From NCBI GenBank assembly GCA_964016885.1, contig OZ024743.1, positions 116,498,001 through 116,562,000 on the forward strand: 64,000 bases of DNA, read 5' to 3'. Positions 43,233-56,510 of this stretch are shown here, in pieces. The position numbers and the translations under genes were made by a program. How positions within the stretch are numbered: the stretch's first letter is position 1; each line of letters starts with the position of its first letter. The notes under the pieces were generated by a model. The model made no database searches, had not been told where the DNA came from, and saw only the letters and a list, made by a program, of their open reading frames with translations. The DNA is from Eledone cirrhosa. Lineage: Eukaryota.

Positions 43233-43445
43233 TCAGAGCTTCCCTCTCCTAGAAAGGTGTTGTGACAACTGGGGGCCTTTCACTCCCAGAAAAAATAAAA
43301 TATTATATGGATGGCCGGTGACTCTGCTGAGTTCCTCCGCCCTTTGCCAGATCTTGTATTTCATCCCACAGAGTGTCGAAGTATCACCCTCTTCACCGAG
43401 CAAGCTTGGTGGCGTTGCCGGTTTAGTCGCCGACGACCCGACCAT
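43233..43445 (-). mobile_element. RTE-type 5' UTR fragment related to the 22-23 kb unit
   Basis: 'atggtcgggtcgtcggcgactaaaccggcaac...tctaggagagggaagctctga'. Confidence 0.65.
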
Positions 43446-43487
43446 ATATGTAAATATATATATATATATATACACAAACACACACGT

Positions 43488-43591
<104 letters not shown>

Positions 43592-43716
43592 TATGTTCAT
43601 ACACTGAATATGAATATATAATACAATAATATATCAGCTCTCTTCGCGAATGAGCACTGTACTCCCTTTTCCTTTTTCACACCTACGGATATTTTCTACA
43701 TATATGTGTATGTATG

Positions 43717-43756
<40 letters not shown>

Positions 43757-43768
43757 TGTGTATGTATG

Positions 43769-43863
<95 letters not shown>

Positions 43864-44089
43864 ATGTGAGTATGTGAGTGTATGTGTGTGTGTGTATGTC
43901 TGTCTGACATTGTTTATACAGATATTTTTAACGTTCTGTAAACATTTTTCATTTTTATTTCCGCCGTAAATACTCGCTTAGATTCCTGTTAAAAAATACT
44001 TCAATATATTTCATTCCACGCTCTTGCACTCAGACAATCCAGGCAATCTGTCCCTCCCTCTCGAAAAAAAAAAAAATACATTCCTAATA

Positions 44090-44262
44090 ATTTTTTCTAC
44101 TTTTGGCACAAGGCCAGCAATTATCCGCTACATTACTGGTACTTTATTTTATCACCCCGTAAGGATGAAAAGCAAAGTTAACCTCGATGGGATTTGAACT
44201 CAGATTGTAAAGGGATGTAACTATGCTGGAAAGTATATCCAACCCTTTACCGATACTGCCAA
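44090..44262 (-). mobile_element. SINE family B
   Basis: Core motif present. Confidence 0.8.
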
Positions 44263-44802
44263 TATAATTATTAGAGTTAAGCGCAACAATAAGGAGTGGT
44301 AGAAAGATTTTGATGATGGTGATAAGTTTAGCAAATTCATTTTTAAATAGCAAATAATTGACAGTGCCAATTGAAAATTACAGTTCATTCTACCGACCAC
44401 AGAAGACTATTTTTAAATATTCTTAACGATTATCGCAGATATCCCTCAATTTCTTTCCCTTTAATTACATCAATCCATAAATCTTATCTTACCATATATT
44501 TTTCATTCTTTTCCTTATTTTTGTCCCCCCTCACTTTCTCTTTATTTTGTTTCTTCTTCTTCTTTATATAATTCTGATATTTCACTCATATTTTTTTTCG
44601 TTCTATTGTTTTTGTTATCGCAGTATGGATAAAATGCAGAAACATTAAAATATGAATAATATATATTTAATCATCTTGTTTTTTTTTTGTTATTGTAACA
44701 AATAGAAATGGAATCTTGGATTTATTAATATTTTCTCCCAGATTGGACAAAATTCTGTTATCATTTTTTTTATAATCTTCGTTTCTTTGTTTACCTTACT
44801 TG

Positions 44803-44803
<1 letters not shown>

Positions 44804-44900
<97 letters not shown>
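44804..44900. repeat. (TTA)n microsatellite
   Basis: About 32 units. Confidence 0.95.
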
Positions 44901-44901
<1 letters not shown>

Positions 44902-45104
44902 AATGATTTATTTTTGTTTTTGTAGTTTTACAATAAAATATAATTTTCGCTTAAATAGAAGGACTTGGGAAAATTGAAAAGATAATTGATCAAATTAATC
45001 TCTAGGAATATTTATTATCCTTTCAATATTAATTCTCTTCACACACAATTTATAAAAGTGACAAAAACAAAAACAACAACAACAACAATGATGATAATAG
45101 TATT

Positions 45105-46300
45105 TAGGCTGGCCATCTTGAGAAATCATTGGGGAAGCGGAAGATAGAGGAATACAATTATTTGGGGATTTTAGAACTGGATGATATTTTACATGCACAA
45201 ATGAAAGAAAAGATTAAAAGAGACAAAAAACGGAAAATGATTTTAAATTCCAACCTGAATGCGCGAAATCTAGTCACTGCAATGAATATCTGAACAGTTG
45301 TAGAGGTTAGATATATTGCTCCCGTTCCCAGGTGGAAAGAAGAAGAAATATCACAGCTAGAGAGAAAAAAATGAGAAATTTAATGACAATATACGGAGCT
45401 CTACACCCTACAAAAAATATATATATTGTACACGAAGAGAATGAATGCGAGTACGAGTCTCATCAGTGTTACTTATTGTATAGGGCGGAAAAGGAGAACC
45501 CTTGCAGAATATTTGGTAAACAGTGACGAAGATATGTTGCAATATGCAGCAGACGTATAAATAGCTTCAGCAAGGGATTTAAAGTGTACCACCGAAAGGA
45601 TTATACATTCAGTACATGACCTATATATTGCTTCTAATACGGCGAAATATATAATCTACAAATTTTCTGACACCTGGGAATGCAAACGCTGGGCAAAAAA
45701 TATGGAGAATGTAACTCACTAGGTAATGGATGTGAGAGCCTTGCGCAAAAAAACTACAGGGGCCACCATGATGAAGTCGGTTTTTACCTTCATTGGCTTT
45801 TATGTAGTAAATACTAATACGAAGTAAGAGAGAACTGGTATGAACATGTGCCTAGAAAATGTAATGCAAGAGGATGTGTAAACAACGATATTCTGGGATT
45901 TTCAGATTGATAGAGTAATTCTACATCGCCTACAGAATATTGTCGTAGTGAACGAGAAAGACAAATAGTGTCAGATCATTGACATAGCCATATCACATTA
46001 CAGGAATATTGTGAGCAAAGCGTTGGAAACAAATCACCAACTACTCCGAATTGAAAGTGAAATGGCAAGAGTGTTTGGAATGCAAGAGGCTTATGGGAAA
46101 ATTATAAAATTTGTGATTGGGGAATTAGGGTCATTCCCATTGAAATTCGATACTTCTTAAAGCGGTTGAGGATGTCATGCAAGATTCGTGTCATAAAAAC
46201 ATCAGCCTGGCTAGGAACTGCACACCTATTAAAGAAAGTACTATGCTTCCGAGTTGTGAGTTGGCAGATGACTAAATAACCTGGTGCAGAGTAGGAATAA
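45105..46300 (+). mobile_element. R4/Dong-type LINE 3' part (RT thumb + restriction-like endonuclease), decayed
   Basis: YNYLGILELDDILHAQMKEKIK, ILNSNLNARNLVTAMN, GALHP, HHDEVGFYLHWLLC, NWYEHVP, TIFWDFQID, NIVVV...CQIIDIAI and VIGELG. Confidence 0.8.
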
Positions 46301-46374
46301 TAAAAAGAATATTAATTGTTTCTATATTTGGCACAAGGCCAGCAATTATCCCAGTGTATTGCTGATAAATAATA

Positions 46375-46609
46375 TCAATAATATAGATTTGTTCAAAAGG
46401 AGGCAGTGGGTCGATCTTCACTGTGGACTCCGTTGATTGTCGGATTCGTTCTACACTCGACAACAGCTGTTCGACATAACTCCACGAGTCATTTATGCAC
46501 GGACACTGGATGAGTGTGTACAGACCTGTTTCATCGCTCTGCACGCATCTCGGGCTGCTCCATCTGACAGCATTTCCGTACCTATAGAATTTATCTCGAA
46601 TAGGCAGTG

Positions 46610-46640
<31 letters not shown>

Positions 46641-47340
46641 ACCTACCCACCCACACACCCGCTAGCAATATTAAGCTCGAAAGTCCACCGAAACACACTG
46701 GTCAGTTCGACGTGGGCGACGCTCAGAGTATCACCAAGTGTGTCATCGCCCATGTCCACGACTAGACCTCTATACAATTCGAGAGTGGAATTTCCATTGA
46801 CCGCAGAAAAGTGTGTGCCTGGCAATATTCCAGATGCCTGGCACCCTGTCTCGGTACTTGAGGCTTTTGCACTCCCCGTTCCTATCAGCTACTCCAACAC
46901 AATCCCAGCGTGTTTCTAAGATACCGTTCCCAAACCTGCAAAGAGTAAAGGGTGAGACGTTCCCAGAAAGGCTTCCAGGCGCCTACAGACGTGCGGCCAT
47001 ACGCAACCGGGTCGGGGCGTGAACCACTTTCGCTATTGATCACGTCCAGGATCACGAGCTTACCGCCCGGGTCCCGGTAGATCGACCAAACCTCGAGATT
47101 CAGGCCTTTCCTAAACAGAACTAACATCCCACCTCCAATTCCGGTCGACTAAGAGATGCGATGATAAAAAATATGGGCTAATGAATTCGTGTAGGGAAAC
47201 CTGGTCTCGCTGACTGCAATCACATCTATATCTATTGACGTGAGGTCGTTGGGTAGGCGACCCTGCTTCCAGGACGATCCAGGAGACGAACATGTATAGA
47301 TCCTACTCTAAGGATCCCCATGTTGGCAGGCTAAAGAAGA
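46375..47340 (-). mobile_element. L1/Tx1-type LINE, internally deleted (APE joined to C-terminus)
   Basis: MGILRVGSIHVR, MLVLFRKG..DPGGKLVILDV, LYRGLV, and ALPIRDKFYRYG...PRC..SDET..YTLIQCP. Confidence 0.8.
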
Positions 47341-47864
47341 GGGAATATAGATTTACGTAACTCTCGGATGCTGGTGGAGGTCGGGTTGTTAGACCTCTAT
47401 GATTGGTGGGCTGCTTTCCTTTGAGAACCCTTTCATAGTTTTCATGGGGGCGTCATATTCGAGATTCCCATGTCCCAAGGAAAGCTCTTTCTGATCTGTT
47501 TGTAAACACCGAGCTACATACGTACCATCGAATTATCCCAGGGTACTCGAAATGTGCTCTTGCCGAATACTTCACCTTCTACTAATGTAGCAACCATGTC
47601 AGCATTAAACACTTTTTCGGCATGTTGTCCATAACACCACTATGCCAAGGTTTGTCCATTTTCGTGAGAAGTCGCTGCTAGTTACATTTGTGTCCATGTG
47701 GAAAAAGAAATCATTGCAGTTATTAATAGGAAACGTTGAAATTAAGGCATACAGGATTTGCCAGCTCAAGCATTACTCCTTCATAGTTACACTCTGAACT
47801 TTACTTCAACCCATTCACGTAAGGGGTATAATACTGTACGTACTGTTTGTCTGCATTTTTGTAT

Positions 47865-47900
<36 letters not shown>

Positions 47901-47940
47901 CATATTTATTTCGTTATATATATTTCAGGGATATCATATT

Positions 47941-48541
47941 GATTTCTTTATTAGCCACAAGGGCGCAACAAGAAAGGGGACAATACAAAGACATGCCGGG
48001 GATTTTACATACAGTCGTGTAAAAAATATAAAAACAAACAATTTCAACAATCGAAATCCCCAATAGGGGGGAGGCGCCACAAATGGGTTGTTTAATACCC
48101 CGTCGATAGAACAACCCTCAACTCAAGGAGCGTGTTGTGCAAGTGCTCCTTTCTTCCTTTTGCTCTCTTCCTCAACCTACAGGCTTATAAACAGAGAAGG
48201 CCCAATCACTCGGGCCATTTTCGCTTCATTCACCCACCTTTCAGTAAATTTACTGGGGTGCAGTGCCTCTCTCTCCACCCTGATTCTCCTTCTAAAGTGA
48301 TACTTAAAAAATGGAATCAATTGTTGTCCGGAGAGAAAGGCATCTGTCCTCAGTCCTCTCAACCTCGTCCACCATATAACTTCTTTCACCATAGCCACCG
48401 TACAGAGGAAAACCGCCTCTCTTTCGTTTTTGAAAGAGTCTGGCGGTTTGATCCTTACTATGGATTCGGCAGTCAACTGTATTTGTCCCATACGCGACAG
48501 CAGTTGTTCTGCATAGTTCCACAGGTCGCTTACGCCCGGGC
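47941..48541 (-). mobile_element. 5'-truncated L1/Tx1-type LINE with 19-bp TSD
   Basis: TSD atttcagggatatcatatt at 47922-47940 and 48542-48560. ORF 48177-48540 encodes CPGVSDLWNYAEQLL...KEVIWWTR...FTERW. Confidence 0.9.
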
Positions 48542-48728
48542 ATTTCAGGGATATCATATTAACAATATGTTATGCCATCTTCAGACAAAATACAATATAA
48601 ACAGTCTTATAAATAAATAGATACGACATACCTTTCAATCACCTTGCATTTGGGAGGTTGATCTCCCAAATGCAAGGTGATTGAAAGGTATGTCGTATCT
48701 ATTTATTTATAAGACTGTTTATATTGTA

Positions 48729-48790
48729 TTTTGTCTGAAGATGGCATAACATATTGTTAATATGATATCCCTGAAATATATATAACGAAA
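48729..48790 (+). ncRNA. Type I hammerhead, U.U at 10.1-11.1
   Basis: TTTTGT-CTGAAGA-T-GGcATAaCATATT gtt AATATGaTATcCC-T-GAAA-TATATA-TA-ACGAAA. Confidence 0.75.
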
Positions 48791-48922
48791 TAAATATGGT
48801 TTTATAAATATAGTTTCCATATATTTAATATCATAAATATACTCCAAATACTTGTTGAGTGCTTTTATATCAGTTATAAATATTTACTCGTTGTTAACCC
48901 AACAATTTAAATATAACTTTCC

Positions 48923-48992
<70 letters not shown>

Positions 48993-49091
48993 GTCGTATT
49001 TCGAAAGAAATACGATTTTAGGAAGCCGCAGCTATGCGAACACCGGGGGGATAACCCCTCTGGTGTTGTCCAGCAGAAGCAAAGAGGACGG

Positions 49092-49133
49092 CCCTCTATG
49101 CATTTCAGGCTTCACTGGCCATCATCAGGACGA
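49092..49133 (-). ncRNA. Type I hammerhead, U.U variant (family with three local copies)
   Basis: TCGTC-CTGATGA-T-GGC cagtgaa GCC-T-GAAA-TGCA-TA-GAGGG. Confidence 0.75.
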
Positions 49134-49388
49134 CCCCCCCCCCACTGTTCTGCGACTGCTGGACATAGCTACGGCTTCCTAAAATCGTATTTCATTCGAA
49201 ATACGAAATTGCTATACATATTGTATGAAGCTATGCTTGAAGCGAAATACTATTTCTTTTCTATTCTAAGTTGAGCCAACTTATGCAGCTTCATATGCAA
49301 ATGGGATTAATCACCTCATTTACACAGATGAGAAAACTATATGTTCTCTGCTGTTTTCAAGACCAGCAGTCGCAGAGCCGTGGGAGGG

Positions 49389-49432
49389 ATCGTCTTGACG
49401 ATGGCCTGTCAAGCCTGAAATGCATAGACGGT
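49389..49432 (+). ncRNA. Type I hammerhead, same family (C3U copy)
   Basis: ATCGTC-TTGACGA-T-GGC ctgtcaa GCC-T-GAAA-TGCA-TA-GACGGT. A third partial copy lies at about 50483-50511 (-). Confidence 0.7.
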
Positions 49433-49581
49433 TGTCCTCCTTGCTTCTGCTGGAAAACACCAGAGGGCGTAATCCCCCCCTCCCCTCGGTGTTCGCATAG
49501 CTACGGCTTCCTAAAATCGTATTTCTTTCGAAATACGAAATGTCCATGCATATTGTATAAAGCTATTTTTGAAGCAAAATC

Positions 49582-49620
<39 letters not shown>

Positions 49621-50123
49621 TAGGATTTATATATATAAAATGTATATATATATAAATAGGATTTATAGTCTTAGGCTCGATACATATATGTATCGAGCCT
49701 CAGACTGACACTGCTTTGACTGATACACTCCCTTCCCTGTATATATCACTCCCATGTATGTGGTCGCGCGTGTTCATGCTTGTATGTGTATATATTTCAA
49801 TCCTTAATACCTGAATCTGGATGTATGTTAACTCTATTATCTTACAATTTCTTTTTCAACATATATTATATACGTATTTGTAGTCACACATACACTGATA
49901 TGCTTGCCTTCATATATGTACTTACGCACACATGTTTTCACTATACACATGCATTTGTACATACATATGTACATTTGTGAGTGAATATACACAAATGTAT
50001 ACACATACCCTAACTATTTTATTTTTATATATCTCTTGCATTACTTTTATTTATATATTTTTTTGCCGCTTAAACTTTTGCCTTTCTTAAGGAGATTTTT
50101 CAAATATTTTACTATGTTTTAAA

Positions 50124-50197
50124 TTGCCTTGTCCGACGAACGAATGAGGACGTTTTTTGTATTCGTCTTATTCGGGAAACCTCTGGTAATGAGGTAA
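50124..50197 (+). ncRNA. Type I hammerhead, U4C variant, long stems
   Basis: TTGCCTTGT-CCGACGA-A-CGAATGAGGACG...CGTCTTATTCG-G-GAAA-CCtctGG-TA-ATGAGGTAA. Stem I is 9 bp including G.U pairs. Confidence 0.75.
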
Positions 50198-50298
50198 TTA
50201 TATTGTATTGTTTATTATACATTAATTTTAGCTCTGGTACTTACATAGAGCACTCTTTACTTCTATGACTTTTTCAATTTTCAACGGAAACTTCAATA

Positions 50299-50341
<43 letters not shown>

Positions 50342-50539
50342 GATTTCGCTTCAAGAATAGCTTTATACAATATGTATGGAAATTTCGTATTTCGAAAGAA
50401 ATACGATTTTAGGAAGCCGAACGCTATGCGAACACCGTTGGCTAACGCCCTCTGGTGTTATCCAGCAGAAGAAAGGAGGACAACCGTCTATGCATTTCAG
50501 GCTTGACTGGCTTTTCTGCTATTATATATATAAATATAT

Positions 50540-51256
50540 ATTTTCTGTTTCGCTATGAAAAATGCGAAGAATCATAATACACACATGAGATTTTCAACAG
50601 GTGTTCCAGCTTCTTATGAGCTTTACGTACGAGATAAATAGAGAGTGAGGGGGGGGGGGGAGAATATAACTAACTTCCGATAGCACATGGTTCCAATGAA
50701 TAGGAAGTGCATACCGGTTAACCCAAGGCTTGAATAGGTTATTAGGTCGCTAAAAATAGCAGCCCATAGTCGATTAAGTATACAAGCGTCAACTATATTG
50801 ATTAATATATTATGAGTCCAAATACGTCAAATAATAATATATAGTTAGGAACTTAGAGTAAACCCCCATGATCAAGGGAATTCAAGGAAGAGAGACCAAT
50901 ATCATTATAAAGCATATCAATGAGAGTAGGCACATAATAAATCATGTCAGATAATATGGGATATAATTCTACCCTGGTAAAGCACATAAAAAAACTACTG
51001 ATGGAGCAGTAAATACAAATTGATAAAATAATCAAATGTACATACATCCACTATAACGATATATACTCTGACATAAGATATATTTTATACACTCATATAT
51101 TGCTGTAATATATATAACATATACATATATATATATATAAACATATATTTTATGTTTTTGCTATGAAAAATGCGAAGAATCATAATACACACAGGAGCTT
51201 CTCAACAGGTGTGCCTGCTTCTAATGAGCTTCACATACAAGATAAAGAGAGCGAGT

Positions 51257-51295
<39 letters not shown>

Positions 51296-51395
51296 AGAGA
51301 GGGGGTGCAACTAACCTCCGAAAGCACATGGTTCCAATGAACAGGAAGTTCACACGGGTTAACCCAGGGCAGCTTCTTATGAGCTTCACGCACAT
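50540..51395. repeat. Direct repeat (period about 610 bp)
   Basis: 'gctatgaaaaatgcgaagaatcataatacacaca...gcacatggttccaatgaa.aggaagt...ggttaaccca' occurs at about 50550 and about 51160. Confidence 0.8.
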
Positions 51396-52158
51396 TTCAT
51401 TACGGTGTTGATGTCACATTAAAGGTGAACAGTAAATGAGATGAAGTAAGAACAGTAAATATAATGCCAAACCTACTAGATAGAATACACATGTTTACTA
51501 TATATCTAAACTTACTACACATATATTTTTCTATATATGTGGTATTTTATATTTTATTTATTTCTTATGTATCTTCTTTACATATTGTGCTAACTAACTA
51601 TATGTGCCTACCAATGCTTTTTACGAACTCTTCTTACAACTTAATTAACAAACCTTATTCTACCTATATAAAGAAAATGTATAGAAAAGTCTAAATAAAT
51701 ACACTACAGATAAACCCTTTCTCTGTAATCTAATGCTATACAAATCATGCATTTGAATCCAATTCCTTGCTTTTACGTTGAATGCATTTTGATATTGTTT
51801 TGTTTATTCTTTAAACATTTTGAGGTTAAACCGCATTTATATCTTCGTTATTCTATGCATGTTTTTCCGGAAGATATTCGGTTAGTGTGTGACATCTATG
51901 ATGTAGTAAATTTTCCATTGATAGTGACATTATAAACGTATTGAAACATGCGTAGATATGAATAAATATATATAATTTCATATCCTTGATTTTTTTCTAA
52001 TATTGAATTTAAATGCTGCGCTATCTGAAACGCCCTTAACAACAGGATATTTTAACTGTCGATAACTTAATCGACCACTTTGCATTCCTGATGAACTAAG
52101 AAATGTTAAGTGCAGTGAGTTTCTCTTGCCAAAGAAAGTCGTGAAGTACTATACTATA

Positions 52159-52263
<105 letters not shown>

Positions 52264-52294
52264 AGACCAAAAGATTGTTAAAAGAGTTCCAAGT

Positions 52295-52363
52295 ATTTTA
52301 TTATGCGCATTTCAAAAACAAATATCATCATGGAATGATATCTGCGTTCTCATCAGATAAAAT
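52295..52363 (-). ncRNA. Type I hammerhead at the 3' end of a PLE
   Basis: ATTTTAT-CTGATGA-GAACGCAGATATCAT...ATGATATTTGTTTTT-GAAA-TGCGCA-TA-ATAAAAT. Stem I is 7 bp and stem III is palindromic. Confidence 0.85.
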
Positions 52364-53459
52364 AGGGATACATGATATGAAGCTTAAAAAACACTTGTGA
52401 ATAGTGAAGTTTTAAATCAACATATGAAAAATAATTTAAGATTGATGTATGAGATTGGGAAAAAGTGAGGGTGGTTGGAAAAGGTAAGGAAGAGGAGGAG
52501 ATGAGAATAAAGAATAGTGGGCGATGAGTATAAGAAGGAAGGATGAGAGAGGAGGAGAGATGAGTGATAGAGAGAGTGAGATAGCCTTTACAACTGAAAA
52601 AAAAAAATATTGTCTCACAGGGAAAAGTTAAAAAGCCGTTGGAAGATAATTTAAAAGAATTTGAAATTAAAAGTTGATGAAGAGAAAAGGGGGGTTAAGA
52701 ATAATATTAAATTAAGGTTTGTATATTGAAGGGTTGAATAATATGTGCGAGGCAAAGAAATTATTAATATGTATTATTAAAATAAAAAATATTAATGTTA
52801 TTAAGGATATAATGTGAAAAGAAGGAGCAGAATGAATGAGTTATGCATTTAGATGAATTAGTTAGGTTTTAAATTTGTTTTTATGTAATGTAATGTGTGT
52901 GCGTAATATGTGTACGTAAATAGTTTGTTTAAAAATGAGCGCAGAAGGCAAAGAAGAAAAGAATGTTTAAGGAAGAAAATATCTAACATCAAAAAATATA
53001 TATGTTTACGAAATATTTTCTAATGGTAATAATATAATATATTAAAAGAAATTAGTTAGGGTTTAAGTTTGTTTTTATGTATTGTAATATGTAAAAGTCA
53101 AACGAGCATGAAAGAAATTTAACGAAGAAAAATCTAACGTAAAAAAAAATGTTTATGTTTACGAAGGACTATTAAAGGTAATACTATAATGTATTAAAAC
53201 AATAATAATTTTTATGGCCAATGATATGAGGAAAGATGGAAGAATGGATAATGTTATGGTGAGTAATAATAAGAATTGAGAAGTAGTTAGGAAGAAAAAG
53301 TACTGATTAGAGGTTAGAAATTAAAAAGAAAAGTGGAAGAAAGGAAAATGATAAAGAGGAATGATATAGAATGAGTAACTTGTATTATATAATATATAAT
53401 AAATAATATTGAAATAAGGTAGAAAGATGGGTATATTTTTAAAAGATATATAAGCGTTT

Positions 53460-55180
53460 GAGAAAAAGGATTTTAAACTAGTAAGGATATTAGCTGTATA
53501 CTTTATGGAATGTTCTGTGGAATTTATGCAAGCAGAGAGAAAATAAATCCGTGCGTCTATTTATTATAGAATTGAAATTAGATATAATGGTAAATTTCGC
53601 AGCTAGGTAAAGGGTACATGTTCTGGATAAGGAAGCATTCAAGTAGGGAGAGGCAGAACAAACTTTTCTCTAAGAGATGTTATAGTTAATATTTTTGTCT
53701 TTCAATGACCATATGGTTCTGAGAGTGCCGTGTTAGTTCTTTTAAATTGGTATTTAAAAGACGAATTGTGATTATAAAATCTAGCTTTGAAGGAGGTGGA
53801 AGTGGAACCGAAATACGTAAAGGAATTGGTATCAGTTATAACCTTACATTCATAGACTAAGTTTTTATCAAGACAATGGTTATTGAGAGGACATTTAGTT
53901 CTAACAGGGCAATTACAATTACGATTAGAGAAATTAACAGAGTCATTAACAAGTGACCTAGTGTTATTTATAGGAGGAATTGGATTGTAGAAGTTATTTA
54001 CGATAGGAATAATAGTTTCCTGATTTAGATTGGTATTATGAACATTCAACGTAGTTACGTTTTACGTCGTATTTGAGTTTACAGAATCTAGCCTAGAGTT
54101 AACAATGACGTCGGGAGTACTACTGCTATTATTATGACGCTCAGTGTTGGAAGGATGTGATTTAATATTTAATATTTTATTGTTGTGTTTAGAGATAATG
54201 TTAGAGATGTTGGAAGATGTGGAATAAGAAAATTTTTCATTGTATGTTTGTTAAAGATTTTACTATAGATATGTGAGGAGGGAAGCATTTATCTAAGACC
54301 CTAAAGAATAGTTTAGGAATAGTATTATTAATAGAAATAGAGAAAGGAGCATTATACCAGATTATATTTTTGTATCTAGGTCTTTTATTTAAGTTATTGG
54401 AATGATCATAATTTATTATTTTTTGTAAGACCTTCTAGGATTGGTTTCTTTACTTTATTTAATTTTATCAGGATAACAGGCTTTAGAAAGCGCATTATTA
54501 TAGTAATTGGTGTTTGCATTGAAGATATTTTTTATTAGAGGATAGGTTTGATATTCTTTTTCCAATATTACTGACTATAACAATGTTAATGTTAGTGGGG
54601 TGGTTAGATTTAAAATTAACATAATTTAGATTATCATTGTTTTTATAGGCCAGTGTCATGATTAAGGGATATATCCAAGAAGTTAGCTCGTTTGACGTTG
54701 TTATCAAATTCAATTTTAAGGTTATGTTGCTTAAAGAGATCACGTATATTGTTCTTAATAATATTAAGCTTAACTAAGTTGCAATTTAAGATAGTAAAAA
54801 GTCATTCGTCACGATAAATTCCACCGCGAAGTTGAGGAATTTTCCGATATAAAGAATTCAAAATAAAAATACCAATCAAATCAGTCAATTGCGATGAATC
54901 GGAAGCACCCATTGTGATATCAAAGTTGTTGGAAGTATCGGCCCTAGTCCAGTATTCATTGTTGAATTCTAAGATGGTTTTTCTTGCGGTGAGAATGATG
55001 TGAAGTTCATCTGTGGTGATGTCAGAATATTTAAATGCGAAAGATAGAGCATTGTTGAGAAGTGAAGGCGAAATAGAAGAATAGTAGCTGGCAATATCAA
55101 ATTGAATAATTTTTTGTTTGTTTTTCTTATTCAGGTTGTTGAACCAGCCATTTACTTCAGGTGTACCAAACCATAAATTT
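53460..55180 (-). mobile_element. Penelope-like element, RT + GIY-YIG, 5'-truncated, frameshifted
   Basis: IIQFDIASYYSSI, NFDITMGASDS, GGIYRDE, YVNFKSNHP, IIWYNAPFS and CNCPVRTKCPLNNHC..NLVY...YFGSTSTSFKARFYNH. Confidence 0.9.
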
Positions 55181-55793
55181 AAGTTAGAAATAGAGCAATT
55201 AGAACGAACAGGTTCGTTCTAATATACATACATACATACATACATACGAATACACTGAAACATTTACACCCCCCCCCCACACACACACACATATATATAT
55301 ATGAATGAAAAATAGAGCGAGAGACGGGATTGTCCATCATCAGTGATCTTCTGACTATCATCGATATTTCTTCGCATTAAAAATCAGATATCTCAAAATC
55401 AGTGCGAGCAATAACTAAAATAAATTATTGGGACAGAGCGAATTGGGTGGAGAAAGAGGGACAGTAAACAAACAAAAGTAGTAATGCAACGGAAAGAGAG
55501 GAAATGAGAGACAAGTCAATGATACATGTGAACTTAAGTTCGACCAAATCAACGACGAGAAGACGGCAGACGAGTCCGAACCCTGCGAAATGTGAGCAAG
55601 AAAAGGATTTCAAACAGGTCAAAGGGAGGAAGTGAGAGACGGGGAGCAGCAGAGAGTTAATATATATATATATACACACACATACACGCACGTAAATACA
55701 TACACATATATTCATATATACACACATACACACATGCACACATACATATACACAATTAGCAGTTGAAAATTGCGAACAAATATCGTCCGCACC

Positions 55794-55825
<32 letters not shown>

Positions 55826-55829
<4 letters not shown>

Positions 55830-56163
55830 TTAATATAGATGAGATTCTACAGGACTTGAACTGTTTCATTCTTTAGAAATCATCAGGAATCTGGGTATTA
55901 AAAAAATAAATATGGTATTTATAGGTCTCTTCAGGTGGTAGGAGAGGGTAGGGAGTGGGATGGGTGTAGGTCATTGGTTGATAGAAAAGGGAATTCCATT
56001 TTCTATCAACCAATGACCTACAACCGTCCCACTCCCTACCCTCTCCTACCACCTGAAGAGACCTATAAATACCATATTTATTTTTTGGTACCCAGATTCC
56101 TGATGATTTCTAAAGAATGAAACAGTTCTAGTCCTGTAGAGTAGAATCTCATCTATATTAAAA
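55826..56163. repeat. Near-perfect fold-back centred near 55993, with an HHR-like motif in each arm
   Basis: The arms are reverse complements. CTGATGA-T-TTC taaa GAA-T-GAAA-CAG-TT starts at 56100 (+) and is mirrored at about 55858-55886 (-). A decayed relative lies at about 17780. Confidence 0.85.
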
Positions 56164-56231
56164 CTTTTATACTCTGCAATGTATTGAGTACCTTACTTAC
56201 TGTGTTTACCTCCGATTCAACCCGGAATAAC

Positions 56232-56267
<36 letters not shown>

Positions 56268-56510
56268 CTGTACACCTACAGACATATATACAAACGCATA
56301 TACACACATATATGTACACCCATCTACTCAAGTATCTAAGTTCACATTTACATTGGTGTGGGGAAGGGGGAATTAATGAAATATTAGTGTACCTCTGAGG
56401 GTTTTTCTTCTCTTCAACGATCGAATGTTTGAAAGTACAGGTGTCATCAACTTCTATTTTTCTTTTTCAATATGAGATTTTTAAAGAAAAGGGAGAGGGA
56501 AAGAACCCCG

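Noticed and set aside
52088-52145. CTGATGA...GAAAGTC
   Set aside because: No convincing stem I or stem II.
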